Assembly (NCBI GenBank): GCA_041738375.1
Contig: JBGSPZ010000013.1
Coordinates: 1 to 55,028 of the forward strand
Origin: Parerythrobacter sp.
GTDB taxonomy: Bacteria; Pseudomonadota; Alphaproteobacteria; Sphingomonadales; Sphingomonadaceae
Direction of reading: 5' to 3'
DNA: 55,028 bases
Shown here: one piece after another, positions 53,145 to 55,028 of the stretch
Numbering within the stretch: position 1 is the first letter of the stretch
Layout: every line of letters begins with the position of its first letter
Program-made: the position numbers and the translations under genes
The notes under the pieces: model-generated
The model's database searches: none
The model's input: only the letters and a program-made list of their open reading frames with translations
Told to the model about the DNA's origin: nothing

Positions 53145-54712
53145 CAGGAAGCAGTGTCCTCGGGCATTTCCAGACGCGGGAACAGCGGCTGCGGGCTGTC
53201 GATCCTGAACCCGCTCTCCGCCAGCGGCGAGTACCAATGCGACCCGATCGCTTCGTATGTCCGCAGTTCCGGGGCGATGCCCATGGTATCGAGCAACTTT
53301 GCGCTGCTTGCCGGGATGACCGGTTCGATCGCAACGGCCAGTTGCGCGATGCAGATGTAGAGCGTGGCGAGCACGGTCTCCATCCGCTCCGGGTCGGTCT
53401 TGCGCAGCGCCCAAGGGGCCTGGGTATCGATGTAGGCATTGCAGGCGAAGCACGCTTGCAGCCAGGCCTCGACACCCTGCTGCAAGGCCAGGGCCTCGAA
53501 CGCTTCAGGGATATCGCTCCGTACGGTCTTGTCGATTGCTGCGAACAGTTCTGCATCAGCGGGGTCGTGGCCGCGGATCGCTGGCAGATAACCATCGAGG
53601 TTCTTCGCGATGAAGCCGAGTGTGCGCTGCGCAAGATTGCCGAAAGCATTGCCCAGTTCGCCGTTTGCACGTTGCACGATAGCCTCGGCGGAATAGCTGC
53701 CGTCCTGCCCGAAGGCGATTTCGCGCATGAAGAAATAGCGCAGCGGATCGACTCCGAAGCGTTCGGCCAGTGCCATCGGATCGACCACATTGCCCGCGCT
53801 TTTGCTCATCTTCTCGCCGCCGCGCGCGAGGAGGAAGCCGTGGGCATAGATCTGCTTCGGCAAGGGCAGGCCGGCGCTCATCAGGAAGGCGGGCCAGTAA
53901 ACCGCGTGGAAACGCACGATGTCCTTGCCGATCATGTGGATATCGGCGGGCCAGTAACGCTGAAACATCTCGCCCTGATCGTCGGGGAAGCCCACGCCGG
54001 TCATGTAGGTCGTAAGCGCATCGACCCAGACATACATCACATGGTCCGCGCTACCAGGCACAGGGACACCCCAGGCGAAACTGGTGCGGCTGACCGAGAG
54101 GTCCTTCAGCCCGCCCTCGACGAAGCGCAGCACTTCGTTGCGGCGGCTTTCGGGGCGGATGAAGTCGGGGTGCTGCTCGTAATGCGCGAGCAGGCGGTCC
54201 TGGTACTTCGACAGGCGGAAGAACCAGGTTTCCTCGACCGTCCATTCGACCGGGGTCCCCTGCGGTGAAAGCTTCGCCCCGTCCTCGCCCGCGGTCAGCT
54301 CGCCTTCGTCGTAGAACGCCTCGTCACGGACCGAATACCAGCCTTCGTAACGGTCGAGATAGAGGTCGTCGGCCGCCTCCATCCGCTTCCACAGTTCGGT
54401 GCTCGCGGCATGGTGTCGCGGTTCGGTCGTGCGGACGAATTCGCTGTAGCCGATGTTGAGTACAGCGCACATCTCGCGGAAATAGCCCGACATTTCGGTT
54501 GCGAGATCGATCGTCTCCCTGCCCGCCTTGCGCGCCGTCTGGTCCATCTTCAGGCCGTGTTCGTCGGTCCCGGTGACGAGGCGCACATCGCGCCCGCGTG
54601 CGCGCTGAAACCGCGCGATGACGTCCGTCGCAATTCCCTCATAGGCATGCCCTATGTGCGGGCGCCCGTTGGGATAGTTGATCGCGGTGGTGATATAGAA
54701 CGGGTCAGACAT
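53144..54712 (-). CDS. metG: Methionine--tRNA ligase (short form)
   Basis: YITTAINYPNGRPHIGH, GTDEHG, YVWVDAL, GKDIVRFH, KMSKS. Confidence 0.97.
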   Translation of the reverse strand: MSDPFYITTAINYPNGRPHIGHAYEGIATDVIARFQRARGRDVRLVTGTDEHGLKMDQTARKAGRETIDLATEMSGYFREMCAVLNIGYSEFVRTTEPRHHAASTELWKRMEAADDLYLDRYEGWYSVRDEAFYDEGELTAGEDGAKLSPQGTPVEWTVEETWFFRLSKYQDRLLAHYEQHPDFIRPESRRNEVLRFVEGGLKDLSVSRTSFAWGVPVPGSADHVMYVWVDALTTYMTGVGFPDDQGEMFQRYWPADIHMIGKDIVRFHAVYWPAFLMSAGLPLPKQIYAHGFLLARGGEKMSKSAGNVVDPMALAERFGVDPLRYFFMREIAFGQDGSYSAEAIVQRANGELGNAFGNLAQRTLGFIAKNLDGYLPAIRGHDPADAELFAAIDKTVRSDIPEAFEALALQQGVEAWLQACFACNAYIDTQAPWALRKTDPERMETVLATLYICIAQLAVAIEPVIPASSAKLLDTMGIAPELRTYEAIGSHWYSPLAESGFRIDSPQPLFPRLEMPEDTAS

Positions 54713-55028
54713 TGGCCCGTTCGCTAGCGGGCGCGGCGGAGGCTAGCAAGCCGCCGATTTGCGTCACCAGCAATCCGGCATCGAAATTGTAGGTCGGCGC
54801 CTGGCCTGCGAGGCGGACCAGCTCTTCATGCGCCCGGACGATGCCCGCCTGCGATGGCCGGTCGGCCTGTTCCAGCCGCGCGGCAAGGATCGCTCGGGCG
54901 AGGTCGAAAATGCCTTGCAGCGCTTCCCTGTCCGGGCGCGGACCGACCACTTCGGCCAGTCTGCCGCGCAAGCTGAAATCCCGATCGCCCTCGGCCACCA
55001 GTCGCTGCATCAAATCGAACAGTGGGCC
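54705..55028 (-). CDS. holB: DNA polymerase III delta' subunit, C-terminal part (5' end outside window)
   Basis: Open frame to the window edge overlapping the metG start; holB-metG-tatD-MBL synteny. Sequence alone is weakly diagnostic. Confidence 0.6.
   Translation of the reverse strand, partial: GPLFDLMQRLVAEGDRDFSLRGRLAEVVGPRPDREALQGIFDLARAILAARLEQADRPSQAGIVRAHEELVRLAGQAPTYNFDAGLLVTQIGGLLASAAPASERANV

Overview
High-GC alphaproteobacterial chromosomal segment whose gene content and order fit the Sphingomonadales, probably Erythrobacteraceae (inference). It is mostly housekeeping: trpE, ppiD-like, tpiA, secG, pyrG, hsp20, grxC, tRNA-Arg(CCT), hppD, ftsB, pdhA/pdhB, trmFO, gyrA, lipA, ratA, cinA, ispDF, dusB-ntrB-ntrC-ntrY-ntrX, hfq, hflX, mazG, tatD, metG, holB. 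The window appears to contain the replication terminus: a 28-bp dif site at 51390-51417 with KOPS octamers switching strand across it. Notable accessory modules: (1) two paralogous, divergently transcribed TadG-TadE-TadF minor-pilin (pilus tip) cassettes sharing a short AT-rich spacer with a CtrA-like box; (2) an sbtA-sbtB(PII-like)-beta-carbonic anhydrase operon followed by a NYN/OST-HTH gene; (3) a tandem two-domain Hfq; (4) a structured candidate sRNA after pyrG; (5) a ROSE-like thermometer and RpoH promoter on hsp20; (6) a secreted double CBM-like protein behind a LacI-type operator; (7) a frameshifted TauD-family dioxygenase coupled to gyrA. No integrase, transposase, prophage or CRISPR array was seen. 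All calls are by motif recognition by eye; no searches were run.
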